Translations under genes and position numbers: made by a program
Shown: positions 10,713 through 19,660 of the stretch, piece after piece
How positions within the stretch are numbered: the first letter of the stretch is position 1
Layout: every line of letters begins with the position of its first letter
Assembly (NCBI GenBank): GCA_048595135.1
Contig: JBMDYE010000129.1
Span: 1-51,369, forward strand
Source: Planktothrix sp.
GTDB lineage: Bacteria; Cyanobacteriota; Cyanobacteriia; Cyanobacteriales; Microcoleaceae
Length of the DNA: 51,369 nucleotides
Direction: 5' to 3'
The notes under the pieces: model-generated
Seen by the model: only the letters and a program-made list of their open reading frames with translations
Told to the model about the DNA's origin: nothing
Database searches by the model: none

Positions 10713-13700
10713 ATGTTACTTTGCTTTTTTAGTCAAGCTAAAAAACAGATTCCCATCCGTACTGTCTTAATTGTTCCATTCTTAGTTCAAATTTTTGGAG
10801 CCGTCGGAATTGTCGGATGGTTATCGTTTCAAGCGGGACAAAAAGCGGTTCATGAAGTGATTAGCGATTTACAAAATGAAATTAGTGCCAGAGTAGAACA
10901 AAATTTAACCTATTATTTACACACCCCTCGCAAAATTAATCAAACTAATATTAATTTAGTTAAAACCGGAATTTTAGATTTTAAAAATTTAACAAGTTGG
11001 GAAAAGTATCTCTGGCGAGAAGTGCAACTTTACCCTGATATTAACTTTATTAAAATTACCAATGCAGCCGGACAGGAACGCACGGGGGAACAATTACTCG
11101 ATGGAACGATGAGAATTAACGTGATTGATCAATTCACAAATTTTGATTTTTATTCTTATCGAACCAATGAAAAAGGCGATCGTACGGAAGTAGCAACCAT
11201 TGTTAGAAATTTTGATACTCGCAATGGATCTTGGTATCAAGATGCTGTTAAAGCGGGAAAACCGACCTGGAGTTCTGTTTATCTATCTTTATTAGAACCC
11301 ACATTATTAATTAGTGCCATAGTTCCGGTTTATGATCCTGAAAATAACCAACTGCAAGGGGTGTTAAATACTGCCTTACGGTTGGATGGAATGGGACGAT
11401 TTTTAAATAACTTAAATGTGGGAAAAACCGGACAAACTTTTATTATTGATAATCAAGGTATTTTATTAGCAACGTCTACTTTAGAAAAACCCTTTAGAAC
11501 GATTAATAATGAAAGAAAACTGTTTCCCGTTATCGAAAGCCAAAATCCTTTAACCCAAGGAATTAGCCAATCTTTAACTAAAATTTATTCTAATTGGAAC
11601 CAAGTTAAAACCGATACTAATTTAAGACTAACGTGGAATAATCAACGTTATTTTGTTAAAGTTTTGCCTTATTCTAAGTATGAAGGGATTAATTGGTTGA
11701 TTATTGTTGTGGTTCCTGAATCAGATTTTATGGAACAAATTAATGCCAATACCCGCACGATGATTTTCTTATGTAGTTTAGCCTTATTAGGGGCGACTGG
11801 CGTGGGATTATTAACCTCCCAATGGATTGTTAAACCCATTTTAAAGTTAAATAGTGCAGCTAAACAAATTGCTCAAGGTTCCTGGGATCAAATCGTTCAT
11901 TTAAAACGAGAAGATGAATTAGGAGAATTAGCAAAATCTTTTAATAGTATGGCAGAACAGTTAAAAACGTCCTTTGCTGTTTTAGAATCTAAAAATCAAG
12001 AATTACAAAAACTGGATCAATTAAAAAATGAATTTTTAGCTAATACCTCCCATGAACTGCGTACCCCTTTGAATGGAATTATCGGGATAGCTGAATCTTT
12101 AATGGATGGTGCAACGGGAGAGTTACCCGAAAATACACAATTCAATTTAGCCTTGATTGTTGCGAGTGGTCGCCGTTTATCCAGCTTAGTCAATGATATT
12201 TTAGACTTTTCTAAACTTCGGCATAAACATATCGAATTAAAGCTTCAGCCTGTTGATATTCATGCGATCGCTGATGCTGTTTTAATGTTAAGTAAACCCC
12301 TCACTTCCGATAAAAATATTCAACTCATTAATCAGATTTCTAGTCATTTTCCTTTGGTGCTAGCCGATGAAAACAGGCTACAACAAATTCTTCATAATTT
12401 AATTGGAAATGCGATTAAATTTACCCCAGAAGGAACCGTTAAAATTTCTGCAACTCAAATCAGTTCTTCTCAACTCGCCATTACCATTTCTGACACCGGA
12501 ATTGGCATTTCACAAGATAAAATAGAGCGAATTTTTGAATCCTTTGAACAAGGGGAAGGTTCTATTGCGAGAGAATATGGCGGTACAGGCTTAGGACTGA
12601 CCATTACAAAACAATTGGTTGAATTACAGGGCGGAAAAATCACCGTTGAATCGACGCTTGGTGTCGGTTCAAAATTTACCTTTACGTTACCCATTGCGGA
12701 AACCCTTGAAACAACTTCACCAATTCCGGTTATTAAAGAATCCCCTCAACCGGAATTATTAAATAATCCATTAGTCTTCCCTTCGCGGGCTTTGAATATT
12801 TCGCCCAAGATAGAGTCTTCATCAGAACTTATTAAAGTTCTAATTGTGGATGATGAAGTGATTAATCGTCAAGTTCTGGTGAATCATTTATCACTTCATA
12901 ATTATAAACTTTTTCTAGCTTGTCAGGGCGAAGAAGCCTTAGAATTAATCAAAAAGGGATTAAAACCGGATATTATTTTATTAGATGTGATGATGCCAAA
13001 AGTGACGGGATATGAAGTGACTCAAAAACTCCGAGAAAAATTTTCCACCACTGAACTTCCCATTATTTTATTAACAGCAAAAACTCAAGTTCAAGATCTA
13101 GTCATTGGATTCAATTTGGGTGCGAATGATTATTTAACTAAACCCATTAGTAAAGATGAACTTTTAGCTCGAATTCGTACCCATGTTAATATTTGCCGTT
13201 TACGCGCAGAAAATACCCGTCTAGCGGCGGAATTAGACGTCACTCGCCGCCTCCAACAAATGATTTTACCCAAACCGGAAGAATTAGCCGCCATTCAACA
13301 ATTAGAAATTGCAGGATATATGGAACCTGCGGAAGAAGTGGGGGGTGATTATTATGATATTTTAGAAATTGATAATGTCGTAACCATCGGGATTGGAGAT
13401 GTGACCGGACATGGGTTAGAAAGTGGAATTTTAATGTTAATGGCTCAAACAGCAATTCGCACCCTTAATGAGATTCGAGAATCGGATGCTGTCCAATTTC
13501 TGAATATTCTTAACCGCACCATTTATAAGAATATTCAACGGATGAAAGCCGAACGAAATTTAACCTTAGCTATTTTAAATTATATTAATGGAAAAGTTAG
13601 AATTAGTGGACAACATGAAGAAATTTTAGTGGTACGTGTTGGCGGTCAAATTGAAAGAGTTGATACGATTGATTTAGGACTTCCTCTCGGATTTGATGAA

Positions 13701-13961
13701 GATATAACCGATTTTATTAGCTCCACTTCTATTGAATTAAATTCAGGAGATGGTATCGTTTTATATACCGATGGAATTACAGAAACGTTTGATTTGAATA
13801 AAAAACAATATGGACTTGATAAACTGTGTCATATTATTAGTCAAAATTGGCATCATTCTGTAGAAGAAATTAAACAAGCTGTGATTGATGATGTGCAAAA
13901 ATTTAGAGGAGAACAAAAACAGTTTGATGATATTACGTTATTAGTGATTAAACAAAAATAA
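10713..13961 (+). CDS. Membrane sensor: Cache-like periplasmic domain, HAMP, HisKA-HATPase, REC, PP2C (SpoIIE) phosphatase
   Basis: 1082 aa. Two TM segments flank an extracytoplasmic domain of about 300 aa. Further motifs are a HAMP-like region (ELGELAKSFNSMAEQL), an H-box (TSHELRTPLN), G-boxes, a receiver (DIILLDVMMPKVTG) and a PP2C region (GGDYYD...GDVTGHG...DDITLLV). Confidence 0.9.
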   Translation: MLLCFFSQAKKQIPIRTVLIVPFLVQIFGAVGIVGWLSFQAGQKAVHEVISDLQNEISARVEQNLTYYLHTPRKINQTNINLVKTGILDFKNLTSWEKYLWREVQLYPDINFIKITNAAGQERTGEQLLDGTMRINVIDQFTNFDFYSYRTNEKGDRTEVATIVRNFDTRNGSWYQDAVKAGKPTWSSVYLSLLEPTLLISAIVPVYDPENNQLQGVLNTALRLDGMGRFLNNLNVGKTGQTFIIDNQGILLATSTLEKPFRTINNERKLFPVIESQNPLTQGISQSLTKIYSNWNQVKTDTNLRLTWNNQRYFVKVLPYSKYEGINWLIIVVVPESDFMEQINANTRTMIFLCSLALLGATGVGLLTSQWIVKPILKLNSAAKQIAQGSWDQIVHLKREDELGELAKSFNSMAEQLKTSFAVLESKNQELQKLDQLKNEFLANTSHELRTPLNGIIGIAESLMDGATGELPENTQFNLALIVASGRRLSSLVNDILDFSKLRHKHIELKLQPVDIHAIADAVLMLSKPLTSDKNIQLINQISSHFPLVLADENRLQQILHNLIGNAIKFTPEGTVKISATQISSSQLAITISDTGIGISQDKIERIFESFEQGEGSIAREYGGTGLGLTITKQLVELQGGKITVESTLGVGSKFTFTLPIAETLETTSPIPVIKESPQPELLNNPLVFPSRALNISPKIESSSELIKVLIVDDEVINRQVLVNHLSLHNYKLFLACQGEEALELIKKGLKPDIILLDVMMPKVTGYEVTQKLREKFSTTELPIILLTAKTQVQDLVIGFNLGANDYLTKPISKDELLARIRTHVNICRLRAENTRLAAELDVTRRLQQMILPKPEELAAIQQLEIAGYMEPAEEVGGDYYDILEIDNVVTIGIGDVTGHGLESGILMLMAQTAIRTLNEIRESDAVQFLNILNRTIYKNIQRMKAERNLTLAILNYINGKVRISGQHEEILVVRVGGQIERVDTIDLGLPLGFDEDITDFISSTSIELNSGDGIVLYTDGITETFDLNKKQYGLDKLCHIISQNWHHSVEEIKQAVIDDVQKFRGEQKQFDDITLLVIKQK

Positions 13962-13967
13962 ACGATT

Positions 13968-14996
13968 TCATTCGCCTGCGATCGCTTGAGATTTAATTAA
14001 TCGTTGAACACTGATAATAGCCCGATTGAATTCATACCCCCGACGTTGAGGGTTTTGTAAATAAGCTTGTTGTTCTTCTTCCATCATCAAAATATCTTGT
14101 TTCACTAACCCATCTAATAATGTTTGGGCGGAACCAAAACATAAATCTTTCACAAAACGTCTAAATTTTATTGGTAGTTTATGCAGTCGCCAAAAGGCAT
14201 TTAAAGAGGTAAAATGAATTAAATAAGCGCGAGTTTCTGTTAAACTAATCGGACAAAATAAACAGTAGATTTTAAAATCCTCTCCTAACGTTGATACCCA
14301 GTGAGGATAGAGATAACTCACATTTAAAGGTTCTGGATGAAGTTGTCTTAAAGCCGGAAAGAATAACTGAGAAATTGACCAGATTTTATTAATTTTATAA
14401 TAACTTTGAGCTTGATAATAAGCATCAACTCGGCTTTCATCTTCTTTTAATTCTTTTAAAATCGCATCTGTCCACGCTTGCCAATTTTGATGTAAATGTC
14501 CATGATACATATCCATCAAATTTTCAATTAAAAAGGAAAAATGGGCTTGACAATGAATAATAGAAACCGTTGCAATATAATTAAGATGATCCCATTCAGG
14601 AACCCCCAAGGGTTTCATCTCGGTTGAATTTTCCCCTGGAAATAACCAAATAAACCCGTCTAACTCAAGAGTTAGATATTCTCGAATTTTACAATTTTTA
14701 GGAACGTTTTGGTTATCTTCTAAATAGGGAACCGTTACACAGTCTCCCTGAGTATTAAATTGCCAACCGTGATAGGCACATTCTAAATAATTATCTACGA
14801 TTTTACCATGACTTAGTTTAACCTGACGATGGGGACATCGATCTTCTAAAGCATGGATTTTTCCTAAACTATCTCTAAATAAAACAATATTTTTATTCCA
14901 AATCGTAACCCCTAATGGTTGATTTTTGACCTCCGTACTCATTGCAACCACATACCAATGATTCAGGTTAATTCCTAACTGTCGAACATCGTTCAT
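13968..14996 (-). CDS. Rieske [2Fe-2S] non-heme iron oxygenase (PAO/Tic55-like family)
   Basis: 342 aa. The Rieske motif is CPHRQVKLSHG...CAYHGWQF and the mononuclear-iron motif is ENLMDMYHGHLH. Confidence 0.85.
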   Translation of the reverse strand: MNDVRQLGINLNHWYVVAMSTEVKNQPLGVTIWNKNIVLFRDSLGKIHALEDRCPHRQVKLSHGKIVDNYLECAYHGWQFNTQGDCVTVPYLEDNQNVPKNCKIREYLTLELDGFIWLFPGENSTEMKPLGVPEWDHLNYIATVSIIHCQAHFSFLIENLMDMYHGHLHQNWQAWTDAILKELKEDESRVDAYYQAQSYYKINKIWSISQLFFPALRQLHPEPLNVSYLYPHWVSTLGEDFKIYCLFCPISLTETRAYLIHFTSLNAFWRLHKLPIKFRRFVKDLCFGSAQTLLDGLVKQDILMMEEEQQAYLQNPQRRGYEFNRAIISVQRLIKSQAIAGE

Positions 14997-15001
14997 AATC
15001 T

Positions 15002-15254
15002 GTAGGATGGGCTATGCCCATCAAAAATTAACATTAATGATTAACAACGAAATTTTATCGTTATTTTGAGGGTTGTCATGGGCATAGCCCATCCTACTAT
15101 GCCCATCAAAAATCAACATTAATGATTAATAACAAAATTTTATCGTTATTTTGAGGGTTGTGATGGTCATAGCCCATCAAAAATTATTATTAATTTTTAA
15201 TCATAAAATTTTATCGTTATTTTGATGAGTGATGATGGGCATAGCCCATCCTAC
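15002..15254. repeat. Three tandem copies (about 85, 71 and 80 bp) of an intergenic element bounded by GTAGGATGGGCTATGCCCAT / ATGGGCATAGCCCATCCTAC
   Basis: Read directly. CCCATCAAAAA recurs at 15017, 15102 and 15173. The terminal 20-mers at 15002-15021, 15078-15097 and 15235-15254 are reverse complements of one another. Confidence 0.9.
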
Positions 15255-15274
15255 TAATAACAAAATTCATCGTT

Positions 15275-17323
15275 TTATAGGTTGAGGAAGCCTTGGGGAT
15301 TAACAGAAAAAAGCGATCGCCTTTTTAACCCCTCTTGACTTAAAATTTCATTCGCTGCTAATAACCCACTACTGACTGCCCTCTCCATTAAACCACAGGG
15401 AAACGGCATTTTCACCCAATCTCCGGCAAACATTAAGTTAGAAACACCGGAATTGGTAACGGGACGATTAACATAACTTCCGGGGGGATATCCGGCAAAA
15501 TTTTTCTGATTCACTAATTCTCGATGTAATAAATTAGCGGTTTTCAACTCCGGTACAATTTCATATAACTCCTGTTCAAAGGTTGTTAATAACGCTTCTT
15601 GATGGGGAAATTCTGCTTCTTTATAACAATACGCGTGTAATTCCACCACACTCCCTCCTGTTTTTTCATGCCATTGAATATACTCATCTTGAATGCGATG
15701 ATAAAGGGTAATACTATCCGTTAATCGGTAGCCCGATAATGAGGTAAAATGGCTATATTCCCAAGGAAAATCTTGATCAAACCAAAAGCGACAAACGGCA
15801 AAAGGATCAGCCACTTCTAACTGTTGAATTTGTTCTTTAATGGGTTGATTAATCTCTCCTTTCATCAGAGAAAATAATCGTTGCGTTCCGGGGATATCGG
15901 TGGCAAAGACATAATAATCCGCTTGCAAAATTTCCAGGTCATTTGTAACAGAAGTAACAGATGAATCTGCTTGCACTGTTGTATTGTAATAACTACTTAC
16001 CCCTCGTTTCAAATTTACCGCTTCCCCCCAGCCCTTGGGGGGTTGGGTTCTTCTTGCCTTTAACTGCACTTGGTTCTCCTCTCGCTCCACCACCTCAAAC
16101 TGCGGTAAATCTCGTTGAGCAGGCCCAGAAATCACCGTCCCATCCGCCGCAAAAACAGCGCCATGACAAGGACAGTGAAAACACCCATCCTCAGCCCATT
16201 GAACGGTGCAGCCTTGGTGCGTACATTGCAAAGAAATCGCCGTTGATTGCTGTTTTGATACGGCGTAGACATCATCTCCCGCCCCAAAATATTCAAAAGC
16301 AAAATTATTATTATTTTCTAATAAAACGGGATTGCGTTTTACCCAAAACAAAACATTATTAATTTGATTGCCTTGGTAATAAGAAATAGAGTTAATTTTT
16401 CCGTCTTTCCAAGTTAAATCATTAACGGTGACATCTGTTAAAATTGTTCCTCCTTTTTGTTGAATGGCTTCTGCAATGGGTTCAACTAAACTGCGTCCCA
16501 TATCTTGACGGGTTCCATTAAACGCTAACCCTTCAGGATTGCCAAAAAAATAGAAATGAAAAAACTGCATCAGTTCCCCAACACTGAGTTGGTCGGGTGC
16601 ATTTAAACTGGATTTTGCAAAGGGAAGGAAATATAAATCATATAATCCTTTTGGGAAATCTTGACTCACCCAATCTGCAACAGAAATCTCATCTAGGCGT
16701 TGGAAACTGTCAGGAATTTTAAAGCCGCCAATTTCTCTAAATACTTTCCAATGGTTAAGATGAGTTAAGTTAATTCCCCAACGGAGACTATTTTGAGAAG
16801 AAATCCCTAAATCTACAACATTCCAAGGAAAAGCGGAATGACTCGGTTTAAAAATTTCCGGTTTATATTCGTTATTTCTAAATACAACGGCATAGGATTC
16901 TAGGGAAACAAAATGATCTTTAATATTCAGTTCTTCAACTAAGGCATTGAGATTATAATATTGAGGAAAGAACCCATGAAAGCCATGTTCCATTCTGAAG
17001 GGTTCATTGCCCACTTGAATGTCCCAACTGGCAATTTTACCGCCTAATTGGGGAGATTTTTCTAATAAAGTAACTTGAAATCCCCGTTGACTTAATTCGT
17101 AAGCACAAGCTAAACCAGCCAACCCACCCCCAATCACAACAACGTGTTTGGGTTGTGATAAATAGTCAGGTAAGTTAATGGTATCGGGTTGAAAAATAGC
17201 AGGCTGAGGTTTATAAAAACGAGAATATCCTAACAGTCCCCCCACCGCACTAATTCCTAGAAATTTCAGAGCATCACGGCGAGAAATTGCAGGAAAGGAA
17301 GCGTGATTAAATTGTTCAGTCAT
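15275..17323 (-). CDS. Tat-signal FAD-dependent oxidoreductase (amine-oxidase/CrtI-like fold) with an embedded PetC-type Rieske domain
   Basis: 682 aa. It has a twin-arginine signal (SRRDALKFLGISAVGG), a dinucleotide fold (VVVIGGGLAGLACAYEL) and an internal CTHQGC...CPCHG Rieske motif around aa 360-400. Confidence 0.8.
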   Translation of the reverse strand: MTEQFNHASFPAISRRDALKFLGISAVGGLLGYSRFYKPQPAIFQPDTINLPDYLSQPKHVVVIGGGLAGLACAYELSQRGFQVTLLEKSPQLGGKIASWDIQVGNEPFRMEHGFHGFFPQYYNLNALVEELNIKDHFVSLESYAVVFRNNEYKPEIFKPSHSAFPWNVVDLGISSQNSLRWGINLTHLNHWKVFREIGGFKIPDSFQRLDEISVADWVSQDFPKGLYDLYFLPFAKSSLNAPDQLSVGELMQFFHFYFFGNPEGLAFNGTRQDMGRSLVEPIAEAIQQKGGTILTDVTVNDLTWKDGKINSISYYQGNQINNVLFWVKRNPVLLENNNNFAFEYFGAGDDVYAVSKQQSTAISLQCTHQGCTVQWAEDGCFHCPCHGAVFAADGTVISGPAQRDLPQFEVVEREENQVQLKARRTQPPKGWGEAVNLKRGVSSYYNTTVQADSSVTSVTNDLEILQADYYVFATDIPGTQRLFSLMKGEINQPIKEQIQQLEVADPFAVCRFWFDQDFPWEYSHFTSLSGYRLTDSITLYHRIQDEYIQWHEKTGGSVVELHAYCYKEAEFPHQEALLTTFEQELYEIVPELKTANLLHRELVNQKNFAGYPPGSYVNRPVTNSGVSNLMFAGDWVKMPFPCGLMERAVSSGLLAANEILSQEGLKRRSLFSVNPQGFLNL

Positions 17324-17337
17324 AAATCTTTTACTAA

Positions 17338-17826
17338 TTATATTAATTGTAAATAAGTTTTGATTTCGGTGATAATTTCTGCGGGGGAATTGTCAACATT
17401 AACATAAAGGGCAGTTTTCGGTTCTTCTAAAATTTCAAATTGGGTATTTAGAAGGTTTGCAGGCATAAAATGATTTAATCGTTGCTGCATTCGTTGTTGA
17501 ATTAACTCCGGCGAACCTTTTAAATAAACGATCCGCATTTGTTGCGGGTCACGCCAGAGCATTTGACGATAGGAATCTTTAAGGGCAGAACAAGCTAAGA
17601 CCCGATTTTCCTGTTGTTGTAGCCACGTGTCAATGGCATTTTGGAGTAACGCTAACCAAGGCATTCGTTCTTCGTCCGTTAAAGCAATATTCTGGCTCAT
17701 TTTAGCAATGTTTTCTCGACCATGAAAATCATCGGCATCGCTAAATTGCCAACCGAGAGACTCAGCGAGAAGTTTACCAATTGTTGTTTTTCCTGAGCCG
17801 GAAACGCCCATTAATAAAATGATCAT
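17338..17826 (-). CDS. gntK: Gluconokinase
   Basis: 162 aa. The P-loop GVSGSGKTTIG, FSDADDFH and CSALK blocks are typical of GntK-family kinases. Confidence 0.85.
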   Translation of the reverse strand: MIILLMGVSGSGKTTIGKLLAESLGWQFSDADDFHGRENIAKMSQNIALTDEERMPWLALLQNAIDTWLQQQENRVLACSALKDSYRQMLWRDPQQMRIVYLKGSPELIQQRMQQRLNHFMPANLLNTQFEILEEPKTALYVNVDNSPAEIITEIKTYLQLI

Positions 17827-17880
17827 GGTTCATTAATTTCTGCTAAACTTAGGTATAGCTGATTTTAAAAATATCTGCAA

Positions 17881-18345
17881 ATGCCCATTGAGATTGAACG
17901 AAAATTTTTAGTCAAAGGTGAGGAATGGCGATCGCTGGGTGTTGGCACCATCTATCGTCAAGGTTATATTACCAATACTCAAGGGCGAACGGTGCGGGTG
18001 CGAGTTGTGGGAGAACAAGGCTATTTAACCATCAAAGGCCCCACAAGCAACGCTGGACGGTCTGAATTTGAATATCTTATTCCCGTTGCTGATGCGGAGG
18101 AACTGTTAAATACCTTATGCGATCGCCCCTTGATTGAAAAAAACCGATCTAAAATTAAAATTGGGGAATTCATCTGGGAAGTTGATGAATTTTGGGGCGA
18201 TAATCAAGGGTTAATTTTAGCAGAAGTTGAACTAGAATCCGCCGATCAAAAGATTGATATTCCTGATTGGATCGGGGAAGAAGTGACTGAAGATCCTCGA
18301 TATTATAATTCTAATTTAGTTAAAAATCCTTTTAAAAATTGGTAG
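17881..18345 (+). CDS. CYTH domain protein (triphosphatase / class IV cyclase-like)
   Basis: 154 aa. The N-terminal EIERKFLV (ExExK) and the acidic strands (EVELES, EVDEF) are typical of CYTH. Confidence 0.85.
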   Translation: MPIEIERKFLVKGEEWRSLGVGTIYRQGYITNTQGRTVRVRVVGEQGYLTIKGPTSNAGRSEFEYLIPVADAEELLNTLCDRPLIEKNRSKIKIGEFIWEVDEFWGDNQGLILAEVELESADQKIDIPDWIGEEVTEDPRYYNSNLVKNPFKNW

Positions 18346-18414
18346 TTTCTAGGGCTTAGAATCAGTGAGGCAGAGCCTCATTGTTTGATTCCCTGGTAGA
18401 ACCAGGGAACCAGA

Positions 18415-19509
18415 TTAGTGAGAAATAGCTAAGGTTTTATCGTCGGTTTTTGATTGCTGTTGTTGCTGTTCAATCCACTCTAAAACGCGATTCCAAGCCC
18501 ACCAACGATCAGGATCATTAAATTGATTTTGACAAGCTTTGCTACTAATATAACCCACATGACCGCCGTATTGAGTTGAAACTAAATGAATCGCAGAATT
18601 GGGGGAAGCAGCGGCTTTTAAATCAGGAATAATTGTGGGATCAAATAACGGATCATCCTCAGCATATAAAATTAATGTTGGTTTCCTGAGTTGGGGGATT
18701 AACTGTAAACCACTACTCGCTGCATAATACTCTTCAACGGAAGCAAAGCCTAACCGTTTAATCACAAATTCGTGATCAAATCCCCAAATCGAATTTGCAC
18801 GTTTCATCGCGTCTGGATCAATCTCATTGGGGTGGTATTGATCAATTTGTTTCACTAATTTTTTTAGTTCTTTCGCAATGGCTCGTTCTAAATATTTTCC
18901 CCAAGAATGCTGCATTAAATAAGATAAAGAACGAGTTGAATCTAAACTCGGACAAATTACAGCGCCACCCGCTAAATCGGAATCTTTTAATCCTAAATCT
19001 GCCCCCCATTCATTCACCGTTTGGGCAAATTTAATCCCCCATAAGGCTAATTGTCCTCCCAAGGAAAATCCAGAAAACCAAAAGGGAGCGGGACAACCCA
19101 TTTGTTTAGATTGAGCCGCAATTCTAACAAAATCTTCCCCTTCATATAAGCCATCAGACGTTAAAGCGGGAGATAATTCTGCGGTTTTTCCATGAGCGCG
19201 CCAATCAAATAAAACCACCGCATATCCAGCAGCAAAGGCTTTTCTTCCTAGAATTCGCAAAAACCATTGATTGTCTAAAGTTCCGGTAATGCCGTAGGTG
19301 GCAACAATGGTTCCTTTTGGGTTTTCTGGGAGCGCAACAATACCATAAATGGGTGTATTCTTGGCTCCATAAAAAATCGTTTCCTGATAATTCGGTTCTG
19401 GTAAGGTGATGGTTGTTTCCCAATTTTTACTGGCTCTTAATGCAGCATAAACGGTCATTGAAAAGCCATTTTTGAGAAGAAAGGGAGGAGTATAAACAGC
19501 TTGAGTCAT
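18415..19509 (-). CDS. Alpha/beta hydrolase (YheT/ABHD-like)
   Basis: 364 aa. It has the nucleophile elbow GFSLGG, a late Asp (AEDDP) and a late His (GGHVGY). Confidence 0.8.
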   Translation of the reverse strand: MTQAVYTPPFLLKNGFSMTVYAALRASKNWETTITLPEPNYQETIFYGAKNTPIYGIVALPENPKGTIVATYGITGTLDNQWFLRILGRKAFAAGYAVVLFDWRAHGKTAELSPALTSDGLYEGEDFVRIAAQSKQMGCPAPFWFSGFSLGGQLALWGIKFAQTVNEWGADLGLKDSDLAGGAVICPSLDSTRSLSYLMQHSWGKYLERAIAKELKKLVKQIDQYHPNEIDPDAMKRANSIWGFDHEFVIKRLGFASVEEYYAASSGLQLIPQLRKPTLILYAEDDPLFDPTIIPDLKAAASPNSAIHLVSTQYGGHVGYISSKACQNQFNDPDRWWAWNRVLEWIEQQQQQSKTDDKTLAISH

Positions 19510-19660
19510 TAACGGTTAGAAGTTCTCAACAAGTTACTGCTTATAGGGTATCTCTTTTTCGGGCAAAATGCGATGTTAATCGATGAGAACTTAGCGCCTC
19601 GGAGTAGAGTCATCGGTTGTCATCCACCTGATTTTATAAACCCCGTTTCGACATGAGTAT

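Noticed and set aside
15961-16362. A 133-aa plus-strand ORF, Pro-rich.
   Set aside because: It is antisense to the well-supported FAD/Rieske gene, in its most GC-rich (Rieske) part. The translation is low-complexity and shows no motifs.
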